Below, piece by piece: positions 21,101-28,778 of a stretch of 64,000 bases of DNA; position 1 is the stretch's first letter, and each line of letters begins with the position of its first letter. Origin of the DNA: Deltaproteobacteria bacterium (GTDB taxonomy: Bacteria > JAGRBM01 > JAHCIT01); assembly GCA_026129095.1 (NCBI GenBank), contig JAHCIT010000001.1:1-64000 (forward strand), in the 5' to 3' direction. The position numbers and the translations under genes were made by a program. Below the pieces are notes generated by a model. It ran no database searches. It was not told the origin of the DNA and was given only the letters and a program-made list of their open reading frames with translations.

Positions 21101-24100
21101 CACCGGTCGTCGTGTCGAAGTTGGTCCATGAGGGCTGGTTCGCGATGGACCAGATCAGCGTGTCGCCATCCGGGTCGGTAGCGTTCACTGCCACCGCGAG
21201 GTTGTTGCCCGGATCAACCGAATAGACGGTATTCGGCTGGAGCGTGATGTCCGGCGGGTTGTTCAGGCTGACGGTGATGATGACCGTCGCGATGTCTGTT
21301 CCGTCGTCCAGGTCGAACTCGACGTTCCAGTCGGGACCAATATCCCAGTCAGCAAGCGTTGGCGTGCCGGAAATGGTGCCGGTCAGCATGTTGCAGACGG
21401 CCCACGGCGGGCAGTTGCGGAGATCATCAATGACGACCGTGTCCCCGTTCGGGTCACTGATCGCCGGCGTGAAGGTGAACAGGAACCCCGGCCGGGCCAG
21501 CGACGGCTGATTCGTGATGGTCGCCAGGCCGTTCACGATGATGGAGAAGGACGCCATCGTCACCGGGGCGTTGATGCCGTCGGTCACTGTGATCGTCACG
21601 TTCAGGTAGTTCCCGATTTCGGCTGCAGTTACCGGGGCGCTGGTGAGCGCGCCCGTCGTACCATTGAAACTGGACCAGGGCGGCTGGTTGGTGATGGTCC
21701 AGGTCAGGGTATCGCCATCCGTGTCGTTGGCCGTGGCGGTGAAGTTCAATGAATCGCCCACGGAGAGCGCAATCACGCCCGGCGACGGGACCGTGAACAC
21801 CGGCGGATCGTTCACCAGGATATCGAAAGCGGGCAGGTCGACGGTCGTCACGCCGCCGTCGTCGCTCACGCTGATGATGATGTTGCTATAGGTTCCGGCA
21901 TCGGCCAGCGAGGGTATGCCACGCAGTTCGCCGGTTGCCGCGTTGAAGGTCGCCCAGGGCGGCTGGTTCTGGATCGAGAACGTGAGCGTATCGTTGTTAA
22001 CATCACTCGCCGTCGGCGTGAACGAATAGAGCGAGCCCGGAGTCACCAGCGTGGGCGGGTTGCCGGAGATCACCGGCAGGCCGTTCACCCTGATGTCCAG
22101 GGTTTTCGAAACCGATCCGCCATTGCCGTCGTTCGCCGTCACGACGACGCCGTTGTAGTTCCCGGCCACATTCGCAGTCGCTGTTCCCTGCGCGTAGATG
22201 AGCCCCAGCGACGAATCGAAGCTGGCCCAGGCCGGCAGATTCGCCACCGTGTAGACGAGCGGGTCTCCGTCGTCGTCCAGCGCGTAAGGCTCGGCAAGGT
22301 CAACTACGAAAGATTCGTAAGGATCGCCCGCCTGGATCGCCGTGATGTCCGTGTAGAAGGGGTTAAAATACGGCGCCGAGTTGACGATGATGGTGAACGG
22401 ATTGAGGTAGACCGTGGGCGTGATGCCGTCCGAAATGGAAACCTGGATGGCGTAGGATCCGTTATCGGCACCACCGGCGTCCGGAGTGCCATCAATGGCG
22501 AACAGGTAAACCCCGCCCGGAGTCGGATTACCGGGGTAGGGATCCAGCATCGCCCATCCCGGCGTCGTCACCTGGACGTTCAGTGCATCGCCATCCGCAT
22601 CGACTGCCGAAATAATGATCCATACCGGATCTCCCGGCGTGACCATGACCATGCCCGATACCAGCGGATGGGAGTCGGACAGTATATCCCCCGTCGGCTG
22701 CGAATTGACCGTCAATGTGAACACGAGCGGAGCCGAGGTCAGGCCGCCGCTGTCGGTGGCGGTGATCTCGATGCCCGCGTAGGTGCCGCCGTCATCCACG
22801 ATGGGCGTTCCCGACAGGGTGCCGGTCGTCTCGTCGAAGAACGCCCATTCAGGTTTGTTCGTGATGGCGAAGGTAAGCGCATCGCCGTTGGGATCGTTCG
22901 CCACGGGAGTGAAGGTGAACGGCTGGTTCGGCCGCAGTTCGGTCACCGGCGTTCCGGTCAGCACCGGCGAGCCGTTCACGTGGATCGAGAACGGCGCCAG
23001 CGACACGGGCGCGAAGTTGCTGTCGGTCACCGAGATGATGATGTTGCCGTAAGTGCCGGCATCGCCCTCGCCCGGTGTTCCGGTCAGCGCGCCGGTGAAC
23101 TCGTTGAAATCGGCCCAGGGCGGCTTGTTCTGGACCGAATAGAGGAGCGGTGTCAGGCCCGGTGCGTTCGTGTAGGCCGACACCCGGTAGACATCATCCG
23201 CCGTGAAGACGGCGCCGCCCGAGAGCGCCGGGTTCAGCGTGAGGTCCGTCGCCGCGATGCCGCCCGCGTCGATGACGCTGGAGGCGGACGGATCAACGCT
23301 CAGGTTCTCCACCAGGTCGCCGGCCGCGAGCACCGGCGAGAGCGCGGTGAAATCAATGCCGGTGTCTTCCAGCGTCGTGGCCGAGCCGCCCGTGGCAAGG
23401 CCGGAGAAGATGCCGTCCGGATCGTTCACGACCGGGACAAACAGCGGATACGGATCGCCCGCGTTGACCGAGGCGGCTGGTGCCAGCGGCGCGGTGATGA
23501 CCGGCGGCTGGTTCACGATGATCGTGAACGGCGGGAGCGAGACGGTTTCCGGGCCCGCGCTGTCCTGGACCGACAGCACGATGTCAACAAAGCTGCCGCC
23601 CGACGTCGGCGCGATGTTGGTGACCGTTCCGGTGACGGGGTTCAGCGATGCCCACGGCGGCAGGTAGTTCACCGTCCAGGCGAGCACGTCGCCCTCCGGA
23701 TCGAAGGCGGTCACGGTGCTGGAGTAGCCGCCGGCGAGGACGCCCTGCAGCACCGAGATCACCGGCATGCCCGCCGGGAACGATGGCACCGGCAGGCTGT
23801 TCACGCGGATATTGAACGCGCCAAGGCTGACCGGCGTGTTCGTTCCGTCGGTCACCGTGATGTTGATGCCGTTGTAGTCGCCCGCGTCGATCTGGAGCGG
23901 CGTGCCCGAGATGTTGCCGTTGCCGGGATCGAACAGGGCCCACGGCGGCAGGTTCACGACCGAGTAGGTGAGATCGTCAGCCTCCGGGTCGGTCACCGCC
24001 GGCGTGAAGGAGTACAGCACACCGGGATAGGCGCGGGTTTCCGGCGTGCCGCTGATTGCCGGCGGGCCATTGACCGAGATGCTGAACGGCGCGAGCGAGA

Positions 24101-27100
24101 CGGGCGCATAGACGTTGTCGGTCACTGAAATGATGATGTTGGTGTAGGTGCCCGCGTCGGCGGCCGTGGCTGTACCGGTGATGGAGCCCGTCACGGTGTT
24201 GAAGGTCATCCACGGCGGCAGGTTCTGCACGGAGAACGAGAGCGGGTCGAGATCCGGATCGTTCGTCACCGGCGTGAAGGTGTAAAGCACACCCACTCCG
24301 GCGGTGGGATTCGGGATGCCGGAAATCGTGGGCGGACTGTTCACGGTGACCGTGAAAGCCGCCAGCGACACGGCCGGCCAGTACGGATCCTGGACCGTGA
24401 TGATGACGTTCGCATAGGAGCCGGTCACCGTCACCGGGTTGCTGCACAGTTCCCCCGCGCCGCAGGGTGCGCCGTCGAAGGCCGCCCAGGCTGGTAGGTT
24501 GCTGATCGAATACACCACCGGGTCGCCGTCCGGGTCGAGCACGTCGGGCGTGAACGAGTACGGCTGGCCCGCGCCGATGAACAGCGTGGGGGCGCCGGAG
24601 ATCGAAGGCGGCGAGTTGACGCGGATCGAGAAGGGCGCAAGCGAGACGGGCGAGTTATTCCCGTCGCTCACCGAAATGACGATACCGGCGTAGTTGCCCG
24701 AATCGGCCTGCGTCGGGTTGCCGGTGAGCGCGCCGGTGGCCGTGTCGAACGTGGCCCATGCCGGACGGTTCGTGATGGAGAACACCAGGACATCGGCATC
24801 CTGGTCGACGGCCGTGGGCCTGAACTCGTACGCATCGCCCGGCCGCACGAGCGTCGCGGGGGTGCCCGTCAGTGACGGCCGGTTGTTCTGGCCGATATAG
24901 AGGGCGCCGTCGCTCAGGCGCTGGTAGAGCTTGCGGGCCGCCGGCATCGTGATGTTGATGCCGCGGCTCACCTTGCCGGCCTGCACCGCCACCACGCCGG
25001 GGCGGGTAACATCGTTGTGGATGCTCCGGCTTGCGCCGGTGGTCACTCCGGCGGGGCACTCCGCGTCGGAGGCGATCCGGTAGTAGTCGCCGGCGGCGAA
25101 CGACTGGCCGCCCGACAGGGCGCCCGAGAAGCTGATGACGTTCTGGGTGATTCCGGCAACGGCGATCGTCGAATCGCCCAGCACGGCCGTCGAACCGACC
25201 TTCTCGACCAGCATGCCGTCGGCAATTCCAGTCGTGGTGAAGTCGCGGCTCGTGTCGATGAGGGTCAGCGTCGAGCCTCCCGTGGCAATGCCGGTGATGC
25301 CGTCACAGGGCAGTTCCACGCGGTCCGGACTGCCAAGGTCAACCGTATCGACCCGCTCGAAAACGCCGCCCGGGCTGCCGCTGTACAGGTCGCCCGAATC
25401 AAGGCTGACCGCGCTGGAGTATCCGCGTCCGCTCACCTTCGCGAGATACGAACGGACCACCTGCGAGACGTCCCCGACACTGCCGTCGAGGTCCATCGCA
25501 AACACCAGGTATTTGGCCGTGCCCTTGCCGGGATTCACCGGGAGGCCCGAGATGAGGTAGCAGCCCGAACCGCCCGTCGAGGCAATCGTCGGATCCGGGT
25601 CGGAAAACTCATGTACGCCATCCGTACGGGTGGGGAACTCAAGATCGATTTCCAGCGGGTCGATGGCGAGCGTGCGGATCGCATGGCAGCGGGCCGCCAC
25701 AGCGGGATCGGCCGGGTGACCGAAGTTCGTGCCGGATACCGCTTCCTTGTATTCGCGGCAGTAACGGTGAACGGCGCTGTCCGGGTCCACGGGCGCGCCG
25801 GTCAGCGAGCCCACCACGTCACGCTCGGCGAGCGGCTGGTATACCGAGTTCTCGTCGGAGTTGCGGCCGTCGATTTCGACCGCAACGATGCTGAGGCCGT
25901 GCACGGGATCGCCGTTGGCGTCCCGCACGCAACCGGCGATGGCGGCGGTTCCGCCGATGACTCCGTCCACGATCTCGTAGCTGTCACCATTGATGAACTG
26001 GTTGACCGTGCCGCCAACCAGCCCGTTCACGATGATCACGCTGCCGGACACGTATTCAACCGTGCCCCACGACCTGTCGGTCAGGTTGTGGACCGCATCG
26101 CCAGGCGCGACGCCGGCAAGGCCGAAGTCTTTTGACAGATCAAACAGGAACCGGGTGTTGGGGAACGAGGTGATGAACGGGGGAGTGTCGTCAATCACCG
26201 CATAGCGCTGCCCGCCCTGCCAGACGTTCGATGATCCGCCAGTGAGCGGTCCCGCCAGAGTCAGCCGGTCGCTGGCAATCACCGCGATGACGCCCGAGGA
26301 ACCATCGGTGATATTGTACAGGCGGTCGCCGATGTTCAGCCCGGCAATGGAGGTGAAGTCCGACTGCGAATCGGCGATCATGACGGTCGTGCTCGCGCCA
26401 CCCGGGAAATCGCCGGTAATTTCATACTGGTCGCCCGGCTGGAAGTTGATGACCGTCCCGCTGCAGCGGACATAGGACGTCCCAACCGCTGTCACGGTGC
26501 AGGAGAGCCCCTGCGTGACATTCCGGAGAGTGGCGCCCATCGGCACCCCCGACGCCGAGAAACTGGCCGCCGCATCCCACAGTTCGTTGGAGACGCCGCT
26601 CGTGGTGGTGATGTTGGGGCCAACCAAACGGAACTGGTTCAGCCGGTTCCAGACGTTCGATGTGCCTCCGGAAAGACCGGCGACCATCTGCACCGTGTTC
26701 CCGTATGCCGGAGCCGAAAGAACCGTGCCCGAGGAACCATCGGTCACGTTCTGGACGATATCCCCCGGACTGACGCCCACCGCGAAGAAGTTGACCGTGG
26801 TTGAGGTCAGGTCGCCGGTCGCACCGGGCCCGGAGATGTTGTTCCCGATAATCCGGTAGCTGTCGCCTGCCAGCCAGCCCGACGGCAGGTTCGTGTGGGT
26901 GATGGACGAAAAGGGCGTCAGCGGAGCAACCGTCACTGTCGCCTGCTCACCGGTGGTTTCGTTGATCACCAGGTCGCCCGCAGCAACGGAGCCGAACGGA
27001 TTCAGAGGATCCACGAGCGAGGTCGCCGTGCTGGCAGCGTCCGCCAGTCCACGCATGTGGGGCAGATGAACCCCCGTCGACACGCCATCGGCCGTGCCGG

Positions 27101-28730
27101 CAATGATGCCGAGCGTCCGGCCCGTGATGCCGTTCCGGGCAGAGTTGGTGTTGCGCAACGTTCCGTAGATGCGGAAGCTGTCGCCCGCCACGAAGATGTC
27201 GGCCGTCAGCGTGAGCTGCGTTGCGGCGACCGCCGTAACGTCGGTCTGGGCGCCGGTGGTCTCGTTCACCACCACGTCGCCAACCCGGACGCCAACCCGC
27301 GTGAAATCCCACCCGAACACGTTGTATTCGAGTGCACTCGCCACCGTCGCCGTTGCATTCCCCTGCAGGTCGTTCAGGACCGTACCGGGATACATCATCA
27401 GCATGGCGGCCTCGTCGTCGGCTTCCAGTATCCGGATCAGGCTGTTCTGGTCGCGGGGAAAATCCTCCCGGATCGGGAACATGGAGGGCTGCATGAACTC
27501 GTTCTCGGCCGCGAAGATGGGCGAGTGGTCAAGCCCCATCGCCAGACCCATCGCCTGCGTCAGCAGTCCTTCCATTCCGGCCGAGAAACCCGAATCGATG
27601 GTGGAAAGCGCCGTCGCCGTGACCAGGATATCCGCGTCCCGGATCACGCCATGCGCCATGCCGCGGGCGCGGCCGGAAATGTTCCGGACGCCGTCCCTGT
27701 CCACCGCGGGGAGGACCACCATCATCACTCCGGACGGAAGGTTCAGCTCCTGGCCGATGGATCCCGTGGAATCGTCGTACACGATCTGGCTGATTCCGTC
27801 GGCCGGGTTCAGCGCGAAGCCGAGATCCACGTCGTGATGGTCGATGTCGTAAATACTGGTGCCACCCGCGCCGCCGATCACAAAGTAGTCGTCGGTTCCC
27901 CGCAGCGGGAGCCGTTCCCAGTAAAGGTCGGAGGGGTCAAACACCGTGATGTTGGGGGTCACCGCCGGATTGAAGTCGAACTGGCTGGCAGAACTGATCT
28001 GGCCGGCGAAATCGCCGTCGCACGGATGCATGTCCGCATGGGTGAACATGAAACCGACACGGGTGGGGCCGGCTGTCCCCAAGCTGCCGACACCGTTCGG
28101 GCTGTCGCCGCTCCGCTGGGTCTGGACTTCGTTCCAGGTGCTCATCGCCACCAGCGCGGCGCGAATCGGCCCGACAATGCTCGTTTCGGTCGTGGACCGG
28201 AGGATGATCCGGTACCCGCTGGACGAATTCAGCGGATCAATCGCCTGCTCGGTGATCGACAGTTCGGGGCAGCGGAACCCCGCGCTCTGGTTCGAGTCGA
28301 TCACGTAGGTCACCACCGGGCCATCCACCTGCGACTGCCGCAGGTAGGAGCCACCGGGCGTGAGGACCGGAGCGGTCCGGCCATCGCGCCTCATGTAGGC
28401 GACCGGGTTGTGGAACTGGCTGGCAGGATCGTCGGGATCGAGCGGGAAGCCTTTGCCGTAAACCATCTCGAGGCCCTGGCCACCGGTGGCATTGCTGGCA
28501 GTCACCGGATAGATGCCCGGAGCCGACTGCCCCCGCACCGTGTCGGCGAGCCGGTCCCACCGCATCATGAGGATGCCGTCGGTATCCGGGTCGGCGTCGC
28601 AGCGGGTCGAGGCCGGATCGCAGAAGAATGCCTTCTGAACCCAGCCGGACGCCGGATCGGGGCGCGAGCCGACCGATACCAGCGCGACAGCCGCCGCCAG
28701 TGCAAGATACGCAGATATACGCTTCATCAT
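12132..28730 (-). CDS. Giant (5532 aa) surface protein: signal peptide, degenerate matrixin-like domain, unrecognised beta repeats, about 43 He_PIG/cadherin-like Ig repeats, MYXO-CTERM-like anchor
   Basis: Uninterrupted 16.6-kb ORF with RBS; MMKRISAYLALAAAVALV leader; repeats NxPPxISGxP...FTP...DxDGD.L.FS..N.P.WA.F...TG.L.GTP...D.G.Y..I.I.V.DG; tail KKGGGCAAGATDPGAAIGLVMALAGAAGRIRRRRKQA. Confidence 0.93.
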   Translation of the reverse strand: MMKRISAYLALAAAVALVSVGSRPDPASGWVQKAFFCDPASTRCDADPDTDGILMMRWDRLADTVRGQSAPGIYPVTASNATGGQGLEMVYGKGFPLDPDDPASQFHNPVAYMRRDGRTAPVLTPGGSYLRQSQVDGPVVTYVIDSNQSAGFRCPELSITEQAIDPLNSSSGYRIILRSTTETSIVGPIRAALVAMSTWNEVQTQRSGDSPNGVGSLGTAGPTRVGFMFTHADMHPCDGDFAGQISSASQFDFNPAVTPNITVFDPSDLYWERLPLRGTDDYFVIGGAGGTSIYDIDHHDVDLGFALNPADGISQIVYDDSTGSIGQELNLPSGVMMVVLPAVDRDGVRNISGRARGMAHGVIRDADILVTATALSTIDSGFSAGMEGLLTQAMGLAMGLDHSPIFAAENEFMQPSMFPIREDFPRDQNSLIRILEADDEAAMLMMYPGTVLNDLQGNATATVASALEYNVFGWDFTRVGVRVGDVVVNETTGAQTDVTAVAATQLTLTADIFVAGDSFRIYGTLRNTNSARNGITGRTLGIIAGTADGVSTGVHLPHMRGLADAASTATSLVDPLNPFGSVAAGDLVINETTGEQATVTVAPLTPFSSITHTNLPSGWLAGDSYRIIGNNISGPGATGDLTSTTVNFFAVGVSPGDIVQNVTDGSSGTVLSAPAYGNTVQMVAGLSGGTSNVWNRLNQFRLVGPNITTTSGVSNELWDAAASFSASGVPMGATLRNVTQGLSCTVTAVGTSYVRCSGTVINFQPGDQYEITGDFPGGASTTVMIADSQSDFTSIAGLNIGDRLYNITDGSSGVIAVIASDRLTLAGPLTGGSSNVWQGGQRYAVIDDTPPFITSFPNTRFLFDLSKDFGLAGVAPGDAVHNLTDRSWGTVEYVSGSVIIVNGLVGGTVNQFINGDSYEIVDGVIGGTAAIAGCVRDANGDPVHGLSIVAVEIDGRNSDENSVYQPLAERDVVGSLTGAPVDPDSAVHRYCREYKEAVSGTNFGHPADPAVAARCHAIRTLAIDPLEIDLEFPTRTDGVHEFSDPDPTIASTGGSGCYLISGLPVNPGKGTAKYLVFAMDLDGSVGDVSQVVRSYLAKVSGRGYSSAVSLDSGDLYSGSPGGVFERVDTVDLGSPDRVELPCDGITGIATGGSTLTLIDTSRDFTTTGIADGMLVEKVGSTAVLGDSTIAVAGITQNVISFSGALSGGQSFAAGDYYRIASDAECPAGVTTGASRSIHNDVTRPGVVAVQAGKVSRGINITMPAARKLYQRLSDGALYIGQNNRPSLTGTPATLVRPGDAYEFRPTAVDQDADVLVFSITNRPAWATFDTATGALTGNPTQADSGNYAGIVISVSDGNNSPVSLAPFSIRVNSPPSISGAPTLFIGAGQPYSFTPDVLDPDGDPVVYSISNLPAWAAFDGAPCGAGELCSNPVTVTGSYANVIITVQDPYWPAVSLAAFTVTVNSPPTISGIPNPTAGVGVLYTFTPVTNDPDLDPLSFSVQNLPPWMTFNTVTGSITGTATAADAGTYTNIIISVTDNVYAPVSLAPFSISVNGPPAISGTPETRAYPGVLYSFTPAVTDPEADDLTYSVVNLPPWALFDPGNGNISGTPLQIDAGDYNGINITVTDGTNTPVSLGAFNIRVNSLPVPSFPAGMPVISVLQGVLAGGYSSTVTAFDPEGDVLAWTVNYLPPWASLNPVTGTVTNIAPTSGGSFVDIVLSVQDSAGPETVSLPPFTIIVNQPPVITAPLAPAASVNAGDPYPLFVPVVNDPDGIFSGLATGGSATTLEDTGIDFTALSPVLAAGDLVENLSVDPSASSVIDAGGIAATDLTLNPALSGGAVFTADDVYRVSAYTNAPGLTPLLYSVQNKPPWADFNEFTGALTGTPGEGDAGTYGNIIISVTDSNFAPVSLAPFSIHVNGSPVLTGTPVTELRPNQPFTFTPVANDPNGDALTFAITNKPEWAFFDETTGTLSGTPIVDDGGTYAGIEITATDSGGLTSAPLVFTLTVNSQPTGDILSDSHPLVSGMVMVTPGDPVWIIISAVDADGDALNVQVTTPGWAMLDPYPGNPTPGGVYLFAIDGTPDAGGADNGSYAIQVSISDGITPTVYLNPFTIIVNSAPYFNPFYTDITAIQAGDPYESFVVDLAEPYALDDDGDPLVYTVANLPAWASFDSSLGLIYAQGTATANVAGNYNGVVVTANDGNGGSVSKTLDIRVNGLPVISGNPPTLVTPGSLYSFTPTASDVNNDTLTFSIQNQPPWATFNAATGELRGIPSLADAGTYSNIIISVSDDGGVTTVDLPAFDILVNDPPVFTVPSPGVIALSVGDSLNFTATANDTDGDTLTWTITNQPPWSSFNGTTGALTSAPVTAAEIGNYLNVTITVTDGINAPVTMASFSIIVNGLATITNQPSLARPGFLFTFTPAISDPNGDTVVIDDLRNCPPWAVCNMLTGTISGTPTLADWDIGPDWNVEFDLDDGTDIATVIITVSLNNPPDITLQPNTVYSVDPGNNLAVAVNATDPDGDTLIWSIANQPSWTNFDTTTGALTSGPAPAAQIGNFTNIIISVSDGINPAVALGAFTVKIDGDPVIGGTPAGFVRAGSAYSFTPTASDPNGDALVFSVLNLPAWAAFDVNTGALTGNPTQADTGTYNNVEIRVSDDGGANWVSLAPFDIEVNGAPSFATASPVNVILSDAAGATVLFPANDATDPELDVLTYSFTGTLPAWAAFVPATGLLSGDPAGFGGTSSTFAICVSDGFGAPVCTSSFTVTVRAPLQISGTPDLLAVPGQLYSFQPAATGGDSSAYSFAIVDRPEWANFDTATGQLYGTPIAADRGDYLIEISVSDGVAGPVNLAPFTLRVNMPPILEAPAPVTQVATGDPYSFAPTAFDLDPADVLVFTVQNLPSWALFNPATGEITDDGGGATPEGKYEGIVIGVTDGNYNVTLPPFFIIVNSPPTISGAPVPIIPPNVLFSFTPASGDVDGDILAFSLQVREITGVRGGSSYTDPLVAPVADLLFSDDTVTWLAINSETGEISGTPVLNAFIDETGLYLIEINVTDGNFVVPITPIRLVVNAPPAVSFAAPAQVPTDGQPRQYPVTIDDPDNARSQLTMSLVNAPTFMTPLVQQTSGGFINFLVASNAPASEAGNTYSNIQIQVTDGYNTTLSAPFSVYVNGTPQLTFTSPWPDLACPRYVPTVVTYIINDLEGDGVTVTGQSYSHDFQNVSLPQMVTLNAGINTITCQPGGGHFGTGGYILTVTDGVNQFQISAALSVDLTRTPPTLSGIPPAIANTNEEYSFLPDTNAHPQNPNRPFTYDIVNKPSWAFFDYTTGRLYGVPGAVDYGVESNITISVSDGVNAPYVLGPFSIIVNTLPYIEGDPPGIANIAVPYSYTFFGWDIDPLDTLTFVGTDIPSWLSINPVTGELSGTPLVADRGTYVGIRIGVTDGIQTVYLDPFTIVVNTPPTISGTPDTLVSAGNPYNGGGGFTPVAVDPESPALDTLRFSITNKPSWAVFDTITGNLSGTPALADGGNYNDIVICVTDFNSLPVCLDPFSIRVNTPPILSGSPAAVIRPNEPFEFTPTAVDSSGDVLTFSIVNRPAWADFDTATGRLSGSPIVDDSGLYAGIEITADDGIVASAPLIFSIRVNAPPVISTTSVTQAPPGALYTFIANAVDLDGDALVITVDDQSGWLNAPVVTPPVDPGDPYEVLIDGTPTTADTGSYLFILYADDGFSPPVELRFLIVVNTPPVISGIPATVVQAGNAYPTFTPVASDPDGVPQGLLYRIDNQPPWAVFNTVTGALSGSTSVADIGRYENIVITVYDSNGGEASLPPFTIKVNGSPVLTATTPPIAVPGVNYSFTPTFSDPNHQPPANPETFTFIFSNPGCPSWAVCNPSTGTISGQPGLPDVGSYTFDIELSDGTVTTAPVSYTIEVNGPPAFNDTPADTQLIAGDFFEFPVALPLATDPEADFLAYSIVNRPIWMTFNAATGYLSGTPTPADSGIYTGIVISVADPYNPAVSLPAFTITVNAPPVISGTPALRAQPNQPYVFQPVTTDPENDVLTFAITNQPPWALFDSTTGRLSGTPSQLDSAVYGGIVIEVSDGLNPPVALPVFSIDVNSLPVLGTPVPPTQVSVGSNYGGAGGYTPSVFDFDDTAPFCWRIRNRPAWLTFGGGDFPACAPGTGNMTGTPVLADGGTYQFVEVSVSDDGGATYVSYPMFTIIVHTPPTVDAPAANPDVVNVGSPYTFTPTPTPGVVLYSITNRPAWASFDQLTGSITSNGNLTGADVGLYTGIVISVTDNVFPVVSTSPFSIKVNGAPVLSAGTVPRAVPDTAFSFTPVATDPNGDTLVFDFLGTCPTWALCNPNTGAITGTPSDADAGVYAIQIEADDGTSNPIPLVSNTLNFNIRVNSRPAFTAAGLTPDLSVPVGTPYEYPAGLVVTATDGDGDTLTYSVTNRPSWLSFSPSQGQLTGTPLAANAGFHTNITISVTDGFQTTALPAFTITVTGDPVISGTPATFAVPGQAYSFTPTGSSPVNNPVAYEITNKPAWATFNTATGALSGTPIVADATNSPYTNIIITIRDTMTLQSASLAPFDIVVNSPPVISGVPPAFAAVGSPFSFTPVATDPNGDAMQFSIEECPAWATCDGGVYPAFAAGTGEISGTPAAGDRGAYAGIRIWVRDAVLPNVPSSIGPFTIIVNTPPVPSFQPGSPQTVVPVSPLTPYSTTVSAVDADGETLIWSVQNLPAWAQFNQTTGALTNQPGRPLPSDGGLYENVIIAVTDGNFAPVELAPFSILVNRSPAISGTSPANIPTGVDYTFAPIASDPDAGDVLTFSVINNPGWMGIDPSTGVLSGTPSILDAGVASLNVTIEVTDGVNDPVQLVIPSLYVNGPPSFTTPCGDDVVLAGNLFTCNPGGTDTFEAGDIPLLVYTIQNRPPWAGFNPSTGVLTGTPGIADAGTYSGIVISVKDPLNLAVASAAFEVVVIRPNLPPVFDPATPGTVANPGILYSFDPVATDPDDDTLVYSIANKPAWAFFDPSTGRLWGTPIRADSTNSPYQNIVISVTDGINPPVSLPAFDIVVNSPPVISGGPATMVAINSDYHSPAGFTPDVYDLDGDALEFAVENCPYWATCDAGVYPAFLPATSGNISGVPVDGDQGSYVDIRIWVSDGVNQPVLLPAFTIIVNSRPTINFTGMVQASYVVAEDLTTDELANIQWTANDDDPGENANLLFVIQGQPDWLVFNSADGTVSVAPGGLTSADVGSYEIRVGVTDGNFDPVYYVNPLTIIVNGIPVISGVPAPRAGLDRTYSFTPTVVNAEAYDDLRFCIENLPAWAVFAGDTGAPCDGSTFNLTGNGSLGGSPLSSVPAHLANSPYTNIIIWISDGVNAPVALPSFDIEINQPPVVTGTPASAAVVGQLYSFSPTISDPETDTLTITMLNKPDWLTLNSSTGVLSGTPEATDIRLYNNIFYIVSDGTSSTTIGPFFINVLAAGSGGSGGGGTPGNPTKKGGGCAAGATDPGAAIGLVMALAGAAGRIRRRRKQA
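12300..24890 (-). repeat. Array of about 43 He_PIG/cadherin-like Ig repeats (about 90-100 aa each)
   Basis: Hand count of recurring (V/I)NxPP starts; DxDGD putative Ca-binding motifs; conserved P.W and TG.L.GTP. Confidence 0.85.
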
Positions 28731-28778
28731 GGCTAGTTCCTTCCTGGTTCAGGGGGACTTTCCATACCCCCTGGCAGG

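Noticed and set aside
12300-24890. Periodic DNA similarity as a possible CRISPR array or assembly artefact
   Set aside because: The repeats are diverged, in frame and protein-coding, with no identical repeats separated by spacers and no cas genes.
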